Notes under the pieces: generated by a model
What the model saw: the letters and a program-made list of their open reading frames with translations, nothing else
Databases searched by the model: none
Told to the model about the DNA's origin: nothing
Shown here: positions 9,256-18,558 of the stretch, piece after piece
How the letters are laid out: each line of letters starts with the position of its first letter
Numbering within the stretch: position 1 is the first letter of the stretch
Source: a virus
Lineage: Duplodnaviria; Heunggongvirae; Uroviricota; Caudoviricetes
Virus record (IMG/VR): IMGVR_UViG_3300046557_000835
Length of the DNA stretch: 40,157 nucleotides
Strand: one strand, 5' to 3'
Position numbers and translations under genes: made by a program

Positions 9256-9702
9256 ATGGGAATCGAATACATTGAGCGCGGGGATATCTTTACCAGCGCA
9301 GCACAAGTGTTGGTATGCCCCACCAATGCTGGTGGTGTGATGGGTAATGGATTGGCCTATGCGTTCCGTATGAAGGTTCCCAGATTGTTCTACCAATATC
9401 GGGCGCATTGCAAAGCGCACAACCCCGATGACATGGCGCCGTTCGTGTTTGACGCGTATGAATACGTGGTCTATTGTCTGCACACTAAGAAGAAGTGGTG
9501 GCTGAATTCATCGAAGGAAATCATCCGCGATGGTCTGCTGAAACTGATTCAATGGTGTACTGACAAAGGGATCGAATCGGTGGCAATGCCTGCACTTGGC
9601 TGTGGTAAAGGAGGACTTGATTTTAACAAAGAGGTCAAGCCCCTCATCGAAGAACTCCTGAAAGAGTCGGACATGGATGTGATCGTCTATTGTTCGTGGT
9701 AG
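9256..9702 (+). CDS. Macrodomain ADP-ribose glycohydrolase, DarG/TARG1-like
   Basis: GDIF, PTNAGGVMGNGLA, HTKKKW (TK.HW-like) and AMPALGCGKGGL motifs. Confidence 0.88.
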   Translation: MGIEYIERGDIFTSAAQVLVCPTNAGGVMGNGLAYAFRMKVPRLFYQYRAHCKAHNPDDMAPFVFDAYEYVVYCLHTKKKWWLNSSKEIIRDGLLKLIQWCTDKGIESVAMPALGCGKGGLDFNKEVKPLIEELLKESDMDVIVYCSW

Positions 9703-9721
9703 TAAGAAGCAAAAAAAGAAA

Positions 9722-9768
9722 GCATAGAGCCCCTCCTACCCCGAAGGGTAGGAGGGGTTCATATGCCG
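9722..9768. terminator. Hairpin at a convergent junction, followed by TATGCCG
   Basis: GAGCCCCTCCTACCC-cgaa-GGGTAGGAGGGGTTC; UUCG loop and U-tract (A-run at 9711-9717) on the minus strand. Confidence 0.75.
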
Positions 9769-10206
9769 TTAGTGGGCGGTTTCGTCTTTGAAGCGGGGTA
9801 CATCACCTTTGGCAATGAAGTTGTACACGTCGATCGCCGCTTGGGCGATGCTGCCGAGGTTGTCACCATAACTGACTTTCATCAGCGACGGTACGTCGGG
9901 GTCCTTGTCGAACACGTAGTAATTCAACACCAACGGCAGCTCGGTGTCTTTGATCATTCGGATCGATGTCCACACCGTACGGGTGCCATTCCCGGTGGGT
10001 GGCACATTGATATCGGTACGACCTTCCTCACCCTTGACTAGATCACCCATCAGGAAGAAATAGTCCACCTTATCACGTGGTTGTTCCGGGTCTTTCACTG
10101 GGTCGCAGTAACGAATCCCTTTGCCCTCGGGACCGTAGATTTTGACTTGGTCATCGATATACATACGCAACTGATCGAGCATACCGATGAAAACGAGATG
10201 ATCCAT
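9769..10206 (-). CDS. Hypothetical protein
   Basis: 145 aa ORF whose ATG directly follows the upstream TAA. Confidence 0.65.
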   Translation of the reverse strand: MDHLVFIGMLDQLRMYIDDQVKIYGPEGKGIRYCDPVKDPEQPRDKVDYFFLMGDLVKGEEGRTDINVPPTGNGTRTVWTSIRMIKDTELPLVLNYYVFDKDPDVPSLMKVSYGDNLGSIAQAAIDVYNFIAKGDVPRFKDETAH

Positions 10207-10590
10207 TTAACTTCCCTTGTCGTTAATCGAGAGTTTGCGCACCCAACCAAAGCTCAAGACGTAACGAACGCCTTGCTTGACTTCAGTAACGGAGTGCCAA
10301 GCGATATCAGGTCGGAATAAATTGATACGGCGGGTACGGAAGAGACTCTCTTTACACACCAACTCACCGCCTTCTTTGGCGGACCAGATCTCGATGTTGA
10401 GACGATAGTGCGCCTTGCCTTCAGAGACAGGGTCGGTATGAGACGGGATACTTGAACCCACGCGATAACGAAGCAGGTGCATGTCCATCCGCAGTAACTT
10501 ACTGTTAATGAACGTCATGACGTCATACCCGGTCTTTTGCCGACCGTAATTCCAACGAAAATACCGGTGATACCATTTCAATAGTTTCAT
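10207..10590 (-). CDS. 2OG-Fe(II) oxygenase (prolyl-hydroxylase-like double-stranded beta helix)
   Basis: IPSHTDP (HxD), GGEL, WHSVTEV (distal H) and RYVLS (2OG-binding R). Confidence 0.85.
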   Translation of the reverse strand: MKLLKWYHRYFRWNYGRQKTGYDVMTFINSKLLRMDMHLLRYRVGSSIPSHTDPVSEGKAHYRLNIEIWSAKEGGELVCKESLFRTRRINLFRPDIAWHSVTEVKQGVRYVLSFGWVRKLSINDKGS

Positions 10591-10633
10591 AGAGACTCCA
10601 TACTACCGCCACCCCGAAGGGTAGCGGCAGCAA

Positions 10634-12181
10634 TCAGATCATGGTACCGTAATACCGTGGTTCGTACTTCAAGGCCCGTGTGCGCAGCAACTCTTTCTTG
10701 CGTTCGTGGTACTCGATGTGTTTGATAAAGTCGTCGCCGCAACCATAGACAAAATGCATCTTTCGTCCCAAGCTCGGATCTTTCCGGTTCAGGTCACGCA
10801 AACGACCAAAGCCCTGGATGTTGGACGGGGAAGCATTGACTGCCACCGTCATGACGACTGTTGTGAGTTGCGGAATATCTTTACCCGTACCCGCTGATTT
10901 CAAGGTCGAAACACTGATGTCAGATTCCAGCAGATTACTCAGCGGATCGTCTTCCACAAAGCGTCCCACCTTCAAATGCGGGAACTCTTTCTGGATGTAC
11001 TCAGCGAACCGGGTACACATGTCGATTGTCGCAAAATAAACTAAGCAACGATCGCCGGGACGATAATCCAACTCGTACGTGTAACGCATGCTCTCACGCC
11101 ACATCTGGAAGTACGCGGCGGTTTTCTCTCGCGACTTCAGCATGCTCTTTTCAAATTCCACATGCGAGTAGCCCATGCTGCCTTGGCATTTAATCTCACG
11201 TGGATTGCGCATGCTGTAATGGAGCGAATAAGCATGTACGTATTTGTTAAAGCCCCCTTTGTCAAACCGCTGTGCCGTCGGATAAGCGAGTTTGATCATG
11301 CTATTCAAGAACGGCTCATCGTGGAACAGTGTGGCTGACAACGCCACCGAGTTCTTCACGTGGGTATAGAGGTCGAGCTTGAACACGAAGTGGAAGTTCT
11401 CGTGCGCCTCGTCAATGATTCGTAATCCTGCTTTGATTTTAGCAAAAAAATCTTGCGGTAGAATCGTGAACCCTTCTTCGGTTTCGAGATGGTCTTCGTG
11501 TTTCTCGTAGTCCTTGATGTAATTCCCGTACGTGGTGGAACTGATGATGATGGCGTCGTAGGGGATGTTCCCTTCGTCCGCCATGAACATCAGCGCCTTG
11601 AGCGACTTGCTGCCCTGGATCACCGCGATGCGTTTCTTGGCGATGATACAGTTTTGCTGGAACGCTTCCAACCACTGCCCAATGTACTTCGGTTCGAGCA
11701 CGATACACATGCGCTCACCTTGTTTGGCCGCAGCCATCATGGCCGTGAGTGTTTTGCCAGCACCAGCCTGAAGAATTACAACTTTGTTATTGGGTCGCGA
11801 AGTATCGATGATGTATTCAATAGCTTCTTCCTGTATCTCCGTGGGAACAAAATGATCGCGAATCACTAATTCCATCGGGTCGGCTTCGTACGAATCAATC
11901 GTATTCCACTCAATCATACCTTCACCATCCAACTGATGGCGGTACAACAACTTCTTGAAGTCCTCCAGATGGTTGATATGGTAACGGTGTTCGCTACGCG
12001 ACGCTGTGGCTGCCGCGTAACAACGATCGGGCACGGTAATTTTCGGGCGACCATAGCCGGCAAACTCTTTCTTGTACACGATGAGTGGACGAGAGAATTC
12101 GCGGCAGGCCGCCCGAACGCGTGCATCGGCACGGGTGATCACGAAGTGATGTGATCCGACCGTGATGGTCGCAGATGTCAT
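10634..12181 (-). CDS. SF2 helicase (phiKZ gp75-like)
   Basis: Walker A AGAGKT, Walker B IIDEAHE, motif III LSAT, motif VI QGFGRLR. Confidence 0.92.
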   Translation of the reverse strand: MTSATITVGSHHFVITRADARVRAACREFSRPLIVYKKEFAGYGRPKITVPDRCYAAATASRSEHRYHINHLEDFKKLLYRHQLDGEGMIEWNTIDSYEADPMELVIRDHFVPTEIQEEAIEYIIDTSRPNNKVVILQAGAGKTLTAMMAAAKQGERMCIVLEPKYIGQWLEAFQQNCIIAKKRIAVIQGSKSLKALMFMADEGNIPYDAIIISSTTYGNYIKDYEKHEDHLETEEGFTILPQDFFAKIKAGLRIIDEAHENFHFVFKLDLYTHVKNSVALSATLFHDEPFLNSMIKLAYPTAQRFDKGGFNKYVHAYSLHYSMRNPREIKCQGSMGYSHVEFEKSMLKSREKTAAYFQMWRESMRYTYELDYRPGDRCLVYFATIDMCTRFAEYIQKEFPHLKVGRFVEDDPLSNLLESDISVSTLKSAGTGKDIPQLTTVVMTVAVNASPSNIQGFGRLRDLNRKDPSLGRKMHFVYGCGDDFIKHIEYHERKKELLRTRALKYEPRYYGTMI

Positions 12182-14313
12182 GCTAGTTGTGGATTGCCAT
12201 AGACTTGTGTTGGAGTATAGATGCCATCGAACAGGTGGTCCAAGCGGTTCGTGTGGATGAAGCTGGCTGGATCGATGAGCGCTTCGTACTGCTTTTCAAA
12301 CGCCATCAACACCGACAAACTACGGCCCTTCATGGTCATGGACAGCACTGACGGTTGTGACGTCGTCCATGGCTTGGGCAAGCCGTAATCGTTGTGCTCT
12401 GCCGAGATGATGGTGGTCGCATACAGAATGACCTCCAAGCACGACAAGTTTACGTTCAGCTTCATGTTAACGAAGTTGAACAGGTCCAGAATCATCTTGT
12501 CCGCAGTTTCAATGCGCGCCCGTTTGCGCATCTCCGCCACACGTGACTCCAGACGACGCGCGACTTGGTCGACGTGATCGGAGTTGTTGAAGTGCTTGGC
12601 GGGCATCACGAGGATCGGATCGTCCCAGTTCCAGTCGGTCATGTCGATCTCGTAACGATCTTCATTGCGCTGGCCGGCACGTTGCTGTCCATCGGCACCC
12701 GAGACTGTCCGGTAACCATGCTCACGGATGTAATTTAACATCTCGTACGACAAGCTGGCTTCCCGACTGCCCACCACACCCACCGGCACGGCCACCGTGA
12801 AGTGGCTGCTGATCACCTGGTTCTTGCTACCCGGTGTCGGGGTCATGGGTGTGTCCAGTCCTTCGGCGATCTTGATGTTGAGGGTGGTCAGTTCGCTGTA
12901 GTGCTCTTCCGGATGCTCTTCGATGTCTTCGACGTTCTTGATGTCGTGCAGGCTTTCGACCTGGCTGCGCAGCAAGATGATACTTACGTCTTTGTCTTCG
13001 ATCTCCTTACTAAGGACATACGACGAATTGTTCAGGCCACCGGCGATGTATTTATCGTACGGTGGATCGATCACGATCCGTTCCAACGCACTGGATTTCT
13101 CCAAGTGTTTGGCCGACAGCAGGGCTTGGGTTGCTTGCTCTGCCATGGTGGTTGCGCACCATTGACCGATGTTGGCATCGGGTGGCACGTTAAACGCCAA
13201 TTCGCCGAAACAGGTCGAACACACGCCGACCGGGTCGGGGTGGGCACAATGCAGCGTGGTGCGCAGACGCACCGTTTGACCCAGCAAATGCACCGAGTCA
13301 CGCCGAATTGGTTCGAGCTGACCAGTCCTCTCATTAAGATAGTACTTGCCGTCGAGCAGAATCAAGTCGCTGGCCCGCACCTCCTCACCGTTTTCATCCT
13401 TCTTACTACCATGCATCTTCCATTCCAGATACTGGGTCGAACCGCAATCGCAGTCTTGGTGGATGTTGCGCACGTTCTGCGACACGAACTGCAGCTTGCG
13501 CGAGAAGTACTCGGACATGCGCAGCGATTCGGCCGCATAGTACGATGCGCGGGCAGCAGAACGCGTTTCAATTGCCGAATCGGCAATCGGGTTGATACCT
13601 TCGACGTAACCGGTACGGATCGTGTGCTGGAAGATCCGCGAGTTCATGTCGGTAGGCCGGCCACGAGGGCCGATGTTTTGGTGCACCTGGGTTTGCTTGA
13701 GCAGCTTCGAGCGGTACTCGCGCACCAGCGGGTTGTGCATCAAGCGCTTGGACTTTTTGAACACCCGGTCGATGATCGCGTACACCTCGTGGATGTGGAT
13801 CTCACCGCGCTGAACAGCCTGGTTGGCGGCGTAGATCTCCGGGTCATCCATCGCTTCATGGAAGTGCAGGATGTCGATCGTGCCCACGTAGCGATCCGCG
13901 TACTTGATGAAGTGGCAGTAGTGGAAATTCATCATCTCCGCCATCTGTTTCCACAAGGTCACGCGGTTGATCTTCTCCGGCGTATCGCGGTAGGCATCGT
14001 AAGTCGCCATCATGCAATTGCCGAACAGATCGAGGTCAGCGTTGATCGACAAGCGGCCTGGGATACCGGTGCTACCATCCCAGCGCAGAATACCACGGAT
14101 GTGATGTTCTGCCAACAACGGTGTGTTGGGATAGCGGCGATGGAAGTCCCAAGCGTAACTGCTGTAACAGGTTTCAACGTGGTTGGTCGGAATCTCCTCC
14201 ATGTCATCCATCACCAGAATAAACGGTCCGGTGATCCAGTTCCACAGATCTGCTGCTGGAATCTGCAGCAGGGTTCGAGCAGCAATGCGTTGCAATGGTT
14301 CAGTCGTGGTCAT
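12178..14313 (-). CDS. Non-virion RNAP beta' C-terminal subunit (phiKZ gp74-like)
   Basis: QNIGPRG, DCDCGS, LRTTLHC...VCSTCFG and AEQATQALLSAKH. ATG at 14313 with SD GAGGA is preferred over the TTG at 14340. Confidence 0.88.
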   Translation of the reverse strand: MTTTEPLQRIAARTLLQIPAADLWNWITGPFILVMDDMEEIPTNHVETCYSSYAWDFHRRYPNTPLLAEHHIRGILRWDGSTGIPGRLSINADLDLFGNCMMATYDAYRDTPEKINRVTLWKQMAEMMNFHYCHFIKYADRYVGTIDILHFHEAMDDPEIYAANQAVQRGEIHIHEVYAIIDRVFKKSKRLMHNPLVREYRSKLLKQTQVHQNIGPRGRPTDMNSRIFQHTIRTGYVEGINPIADSAIETRSAARASYYAAESLRMSEYFSRKLQFVSQNVRNIHQDCDCGSTQYLEWKMHGSKKDENGEEVRASDLILLDGKYYLNERTGQLEPIRRDSVHLLGQTVRLRTTLHCAHPDPVGVCSTCFGELAFNVPPDANIGQWCATTMAEQATQALLSAKHLEKSSALERIVIDPPYDKYIAGGLNNSSYVLSKEIEDKDVSIILLRSQVESLHDIKNVEDIEEHPEEHYSELTTLNIKIAEGLDTPMTPTPGSKNQVISSHFTVAVPVGVVGSREASLSYEMLNYIREHGYRTVSGADGQQRAGQRNEDRYEIDMTDWNWDDPILVMPAKHFNNSDHVDQVARRLESRVAEMRKRARIETADKMILDLFNFVNMKLNVNLSCLEVILYATTIISAEHNDYGLPKPWTTSQPSVLSMTMKGRSLSVLMAFEKQYEALIDPASFIHTNRLDHLFDGIYTPTQVYGNPQLA

Positions 14314-14364
14314 TCTTTCTTTCCTCAAAGACCGCCCCAAGGTGGCGGGGCGGCTTCATGGTGG

Positions 14365-16620
14365 TTACGCGGCGCGACGCAGTTCGTGCAGGTTCGGCAT
14401 GGCGCGGTGAGCCGGGTGGGTCGGACGATACGCATCCCAGGTCATTTCCATACCCGAGCATGCCCAGACGTGGTTGACCGTTTGCAGCGAACGCGAACCA
14501 TCGAGTGGGATGACATTGCGATCCACTGCCCGGGCGATCCGGGTCGGCGACTCCGCCTCGAAGATGCTCCAGCACATGGCTTTGTGGGTTTCCACGCTGT
14601 TGTTCCGGTCGAGAATTTCTGCGGCCGTCAACGTGCCCGAGTAGGAGATCACGATGCGAATTTCCGATTCACCGTACGCTTTGGTCGGCTGATTACGGAT
14701 ACGCTCTGAATACTTGTCTGCATTCGACAGCGTAGCGAGCACACCAGCGTGCTGACGACGAGTCGAGGCCACGGCCGACCAACTATCGGCGATCTTCTCT
14801 AGCATGATGATCGACAGCGGGGCGATCCGGATTGGTTCTTCGGTGGTCACGATGTTACCCGACGCGCCACGGTACGTAACCGGGGTGAAGGTCGACGGGT
14901 ACAGACGTTGGATGTCCGCCACCATGTTCTTCAGCATCAGTTCATGGTCCGAACGCATGTACAGCACCACGTGACCCTTCGACAGGATGTATGACAGGTG
15001 CGACAGCGGGCTGGAGCCATATTCGCCGTTGCGGAAGATCGCAGCTTGCTTCGGTACCGTAATAGCGTAGAAGCCCAGCAGGTATTCCCACGCACGCGAC
15101 AGATCTTGCGGGCGCTCGTTCTGCACACGGATCAGTTGCTGCATCATTTGACCACGACGCTGACGGTCTTGTACGCCGAGGATACGCACGACTTCTTTGT
15201 ACATATCGCGTGCGGCACCATTGATGATGTGTTCATACAAACGACCAGGAATCATGCGGTTATTCACCGCTGCTTGGTCGAAGATCATCTCAGCGCGGTT
15301 GCCATCGGCATCCACCGGCATGTCTTCATCTTCCCAGATGGAGACCACCACCCCTTTACCACCGAACAAGTCCGTGAACTTGTTACCCATGTTCGGGATG
15401 ATCTTGTTCTTGATAGTGAACTCGATCCGGTAATCGTCGATCCGGGTTTTCTTGTGGACCTTGACGACGGTGTTGTTGTCTTGATTCGGGGTGAGGACCG
15501 AGATCGCTTCGATGATCAGGTTGTGCAGCTGCGGTTGCAGATCGGGTGCCCGACCCATTTGACGCTGGATGTCATTCCACCAACGCAAAATCCCGGCCAG
15601 GAATTCCCGGCGACCCGCGTCGTACTTCAGTGGTTGCACTTCCATGACCGCTGGGGTGCCGGCGATGCCCGTGTTGGTGTCGTGGTGCACCTTGATGTCG
15701 ATCACTTCGCCGTCGGCGACGATCTTTTCATCGAACATGAAGTCAACACGGCGGCACGCATTCACGCTCATCTCGGCGATTGCCAGGTCTGGGCGGTACG
15801 TGCGCAGCGCCATCAAGATCCCATCGGGGTTGATCTTTTCGCCGATGTCTGGGTGGATCTTATAGTCCGATGGGTCGTTCGGGTTCCCGTACAGATTCAA
15901 CGGGAATTGGTGCTGACCGAACTCCACTGTACGACGCTCGAAGGTGTTGAACCCGAACTTCTTCAGCGCGCCACGGGAAATCACAATCCCGTCTTCAGCC
16001 ACATCACGCAGGCCCATCATGGCGACGTTGATGGTCACGCTAAAGCCGTAATCGCTGCCTTTGTCCGGATCGTCCATATCGGTGATAACGCCTGGCGAAT
16101 CACGGAACACATGGTCCTTCTCGATGGTTTGACCGATGTGAACCCCCATCCCTTTGTCGACATAGCTAAAGCCGAGGTAGGGGTGAAATGTACTGTAGTC
16201 CGTCAAGCTTACCATGCCGTACTCATAGTCGGCGCTAGCGTCAAACGAACGGAACACCAACACCGTTTGCGGCGGGCTGGTCTTGAACGAAGTCTCCCCT
16301 TCTTTACGTTCATAACGGTGGTAAATGCCGATGATCTGGCCTTTTGCTGGCATGCGCTGCGAGAACGTGGTGTCGACCAGCAGGGTGTCCATGCCTGTCT
16401 GGATAATCCGTTCTGTTACACCGTCAACCACGACGATCTGTCCCAAGTTGTTACCATACATCTGCTTACGCGAAGCGGAGATCGCGGCGTTGAACGCGTT
16501 GACCGCCATGATGCTTTCGCCTTGCGGAAAATGCTCATTGGGAACAGGCAGTGACGGTTTGATTTCCCGGTAGGTGGTCGGGTAACCTAAGTCGACACGT
16601 GCTGGATCATTGTGACTCAT
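14365..16620 (-). CDS. Non-virion RNAP beta C-terminal subunit (phiKZ gp71-73-like), uninterrupted
   Basis: RKQMYGNN, VAEDGIVIS, GNKFTDLFGGKGVV, NRMIPGRLYE and KAYGESE. ATG at 16620 has SD AAGGA. Confidence 0.9.
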   Translation of the reverse strand: MSHNDPARVDLGYPTTYREIKPSLPVPNEHFPQGESIMAVNAFNAAISASRKQMYGNNLGQIVVVDGVTERIIQTGMDTLLVDTTFSQRMPAKGQIIGIYHRYERKEGETSFKTSPPQTVLVFRSFDASADYEYGMVSLTDYSTFHPYLGFSYVDKGMGVHIGQTIEKDHVFRDSPGVITDMDDPDKGSDYGFSVTINVAMMGLRDVAEDGIVISRGALKKFGFNTFERRTVEFGQHQFPLNLYGNPNDPSDYKIHPDIGEKINPDGILMALRTYRPDLAIAEMSVNACRRVDFMFDEKIVADGEVIDIKVHHDTNTGIAGTPAVMEVQPLKYDAGRREFLAGILRWWNDIQRQMGRAPDLQPQLHNLIIEAISVLTPNQDNNTVVKVHKKTRIDDYRIEFTIKNKIIPNMGNKFTDLFGGKGVVVSIWEDEDMPVDADGNRAEMIFDQAAVNNRMIPGRLYEHIINGAARDMYKEVVRILGVQDRQRRGQMMQQLIRVQNERPQDLSRAWEYLLGFYAITVPKQAAIFRNGEYGSSPLSHLSYILSKGHVVLYMRSDHELMLKNMVADIQRLYPSTFTPVTYRGASGNIVTTEEPIRIAPLSIIMLEKIADSWSAVASTRRQHAGVLATLSNADKYSERIRNQPTKAYGESEIRIVISYSGTLTAAEILDRNNSVETHKAMCWSIFEAESPTRIARAVDRNVIPLDGSRSLQTVNHVWACSGMEMTWDAYRPTHPAHRAMPNLHELRRAA

Positions 16621-16687
16621 ACACATCCTTTTTGTAAATAAGACGAACGACTTTTTGTTATTACTTATGGAGTCCTTGACTCTATTT

Positions 16688-16697
16688 TAGTGATATA
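16688..16697 (-). promoter_or_regulatory. Early-type promoter motif TATATCACTA
   Basis: Identical 10-mer also at 21952 and 32343, each upstream of a minus-strand gene; resembles the phiKZ early consensus TATATTAC. Confidence 0.65.
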
Positions 16698-16732
16698 GTC
16701 TTACAATTTTCTAACGCTTGTTGAGGTGATAA

Positions 16733-17068
16733 ATGGCGCTCACTAATCTGATGGTTGATCCTGGACCAGATATTTTTTACGATCCCGAGTTTCGCAATGT
16801 CCTCGAAGACCACATGAGCTACCTGCGAGAAAACTATTGTCAGGTGGTGGTGCTCCAGCCCGATGAAGCTTACCAATGGCGTGGCGACTTCTTTGGTTTG
16901 CTCAGCCAAAAAGGTGTACCACGGCAGTACCACTGGTTGGTGATGCGCTTGAACCAGTATACTTCCCCGAATCAGTTCACGGAAGATATCCAAGTCATGC
17001 TGTTCCCCGACTACACTGTTGTGGAAAAGATTGCACAATCCCACAACAGTTTATCGCGCATCAGCTAA
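16733..17068 (+). CDS. Small hypothetical protein, weak LysM/T4 gp53-like pattern
   Basis: 111 aa, SD GAGGTG. YHWLVMRLNQYTSP resembles the W..I...N...P pattern; function is low confidence. Confidence 0.6.
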   Translation: MALTNLMVDPGPDIFYDPEFRNVLEDHMSYLRENYCQVVVLQPDEAYQWRGDFFGLLSQKGVPRQYHWLVMRLNQYTSPNQFTEDIQVMLFPDYTVVEKIAQSHNSLSRIS

Positions 17069-17115
17069 TAGGGCCTGCTGATCTTTTTTAACAGAAACAG
17101 TAGAAAAAATTAAAC

Positions 17116-17169
17116 CATAAGACGAAAAACCAACCTACCCCTCAGCTGGGGTAGGTTGGCCTTATGCCG
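17116..17169. terminator. Hairpin at a convergent junction, followed by TATGCCG
   Basis: CCAACCTACCCC-tcagct-GGGGTAGGTTGG (17130-17159), flanked by CATAAG...CTTATG. Confidence 0.7.
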
Positions 17170-17178
17170 TTTTACGGA

Positions 17179-18507
17179 TTAATAACGGCGCTGCGGCCCC
17201 GGGGGCGGAGCATAGCCACCTTGTTGCGGGTAGCCTTGCGGTGCCGGCTGGTAATAACCACCTTGCTGCTGCGGATACCCTTGCTGCGGGTATTGCTGCT
17301 GCGGACGGGCACCGAGGGCGGCCATCATGTCGCTGACACCCATACCACCATGGCCACCCTGCCGCGATGGTGCTGGAGCGGGTACCGGATACGCCGAACC
17401 ATACGGCTGCGCGTGTTGCGGCGGAGTATACGGGGTCGGTTGTTGCACTTGCCACGGCGGGGGTGGCGGTGCCGGCGTACCGTACGGCGGCTGCACTTGA
17501 CCTTTGGCTTGCTCACGCAGGTCGACCGGTGCCGGTTCATCGATCACACCGGTGGCTTGGGTCGGCACCGAACGGATCTGCAGCCACAGCACGTCCAGGT
17601 TGTCGAAGGCTTCTGCCCACTCGACCGGGATGCGCATTTCACGGATCGAACGGTCCACCGCCGGATCGACACCGACGAATAGGTCCATGATGGCATTCAG
17701 GTGCGCTGCGATCGGCAACACACCACGCATCATGGCGTCCAGACCCGGGGAGATACGCGAGTTGCTACCCACGTCGTAGTGGTGCGGCACGTCCAGCTCC
17801 GGCAACAGGTACTTCATCAGGCCGATGAAGACTTCACGGTCCTTGACCCGCACAGCAGCATCGAAGACTTTGCCGTCCGGCTTGGTCGGCTTTTTGGTCT
17901 TCGGCGCTGCTTTGTAGGCGTCGTCGGCGGCGATGACGTTCTTCAGTTCGTCGAAGATCGGGAAGTTGAAGCGTGCCACCCGGTTGAAGCTCTTCTTCTC
18001 GCCGTTGACGTCGAGCACTGCGGCCGGTTGCAGATACACCGACAGGAACACGCGTTGGATCTGGTTGGCTTTGGATGCCATGTCAGCCAGTTTGTCCCAG
18101 CCTTCGGCGCTGCCGCCATCGGCTTCTGCCACCATACCAAGGTACATCTGCTGTTCCGGCGACAGACGCTTGGTCACGGCCGGGCTTGCAGCGATGTCGA
18201 GCAGAATGCCACCCAGGCCACCGATCACGATGTTCAGGCGGTTGATCAGCCAGTGGCGATAACGCGACATCAGGTCGGTGTCCTTGGCGCCGCCGTCTTT
18301 CAGCAGGTGGAAGATTTCGTACTCACCGACTTTCTTGTCACGCAGACGCTCGGTCAGCGGCAGGCACACTACCTTCTGGTCTTTGCCGGTCACCGGGATG
18401 TACTCGTCGTCGTCGATCTTCATGCGAACGAACCCTTCGCTGGTCACTTCCATACCGGTCGTGACCAACAGTTTTTCGTAAGTATCGAACATGTCGATTG
18501 TACTCAT
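17179..18507 (-). CDS. phiKZ gp70-position protein with a P/Q/Y/G-rich disordered tail
   Basis: ATG at 18507 with SD AAGGA; lies between the PicA-position gene and nvRNAP beta. Confidence 0.7.
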   Translation of the reverse strand: MSTIDMFDTYEKLLVTTGMEVTSEGFVRMKIDDDEYIPVTGKDQKVVCLPLTERLRDKKVGEYEIFHLLKDGGAKDTDLMSRYRHWLINRLNIVIGGLGGILLDIAASPAVTKRLSPEQQMYLGMVAEADGGSAEGWDKLADMASKANQIQRVFLSVYLQPAAVLDVNGEKKSFNRVARFNFPIFDELKNVIAADDAYKAAPKTKKPTKPDGKVFDAAVRVKDREVFIGLMKYLLPELDVPHHYDVGSNSRISPGLDAMMRGVLPIAAHLNAIMDLFVGVDPAVDRSIREMRIPVEWAEAFDNLDVLWLQIRSVPTQATGVIDEPAPVDLREQAKGQVQPPYGTPAPPPPPWQVQQPTPYTPPQHAQPYGSAYPVPAPAPSRQGGHGGMGVSDMMAALGARPQQQYPQQGYPQQQGGYYQPAPQGYPQQGGYAPPPGPQRRY

Positions 18508-18558
18508 GCTAATTTCCTTTTTGTAGCGTAGCCCCACCCGTAGGTGAGGCTACTGTTT

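Noticed and set aside
12802-16554. 635 aa and 518 aa plus-strand ORFs
   Set aside because: Antisense shadows of the nvRNAP subunit genes; no independent features.
10634-16620. Inteins or introns in the helicase and the nvRNAP beta and beta' C-terminal genes
   Set aside because: The ORFs are continuous and of expected size, with no intein splice motifs or intron core elements.
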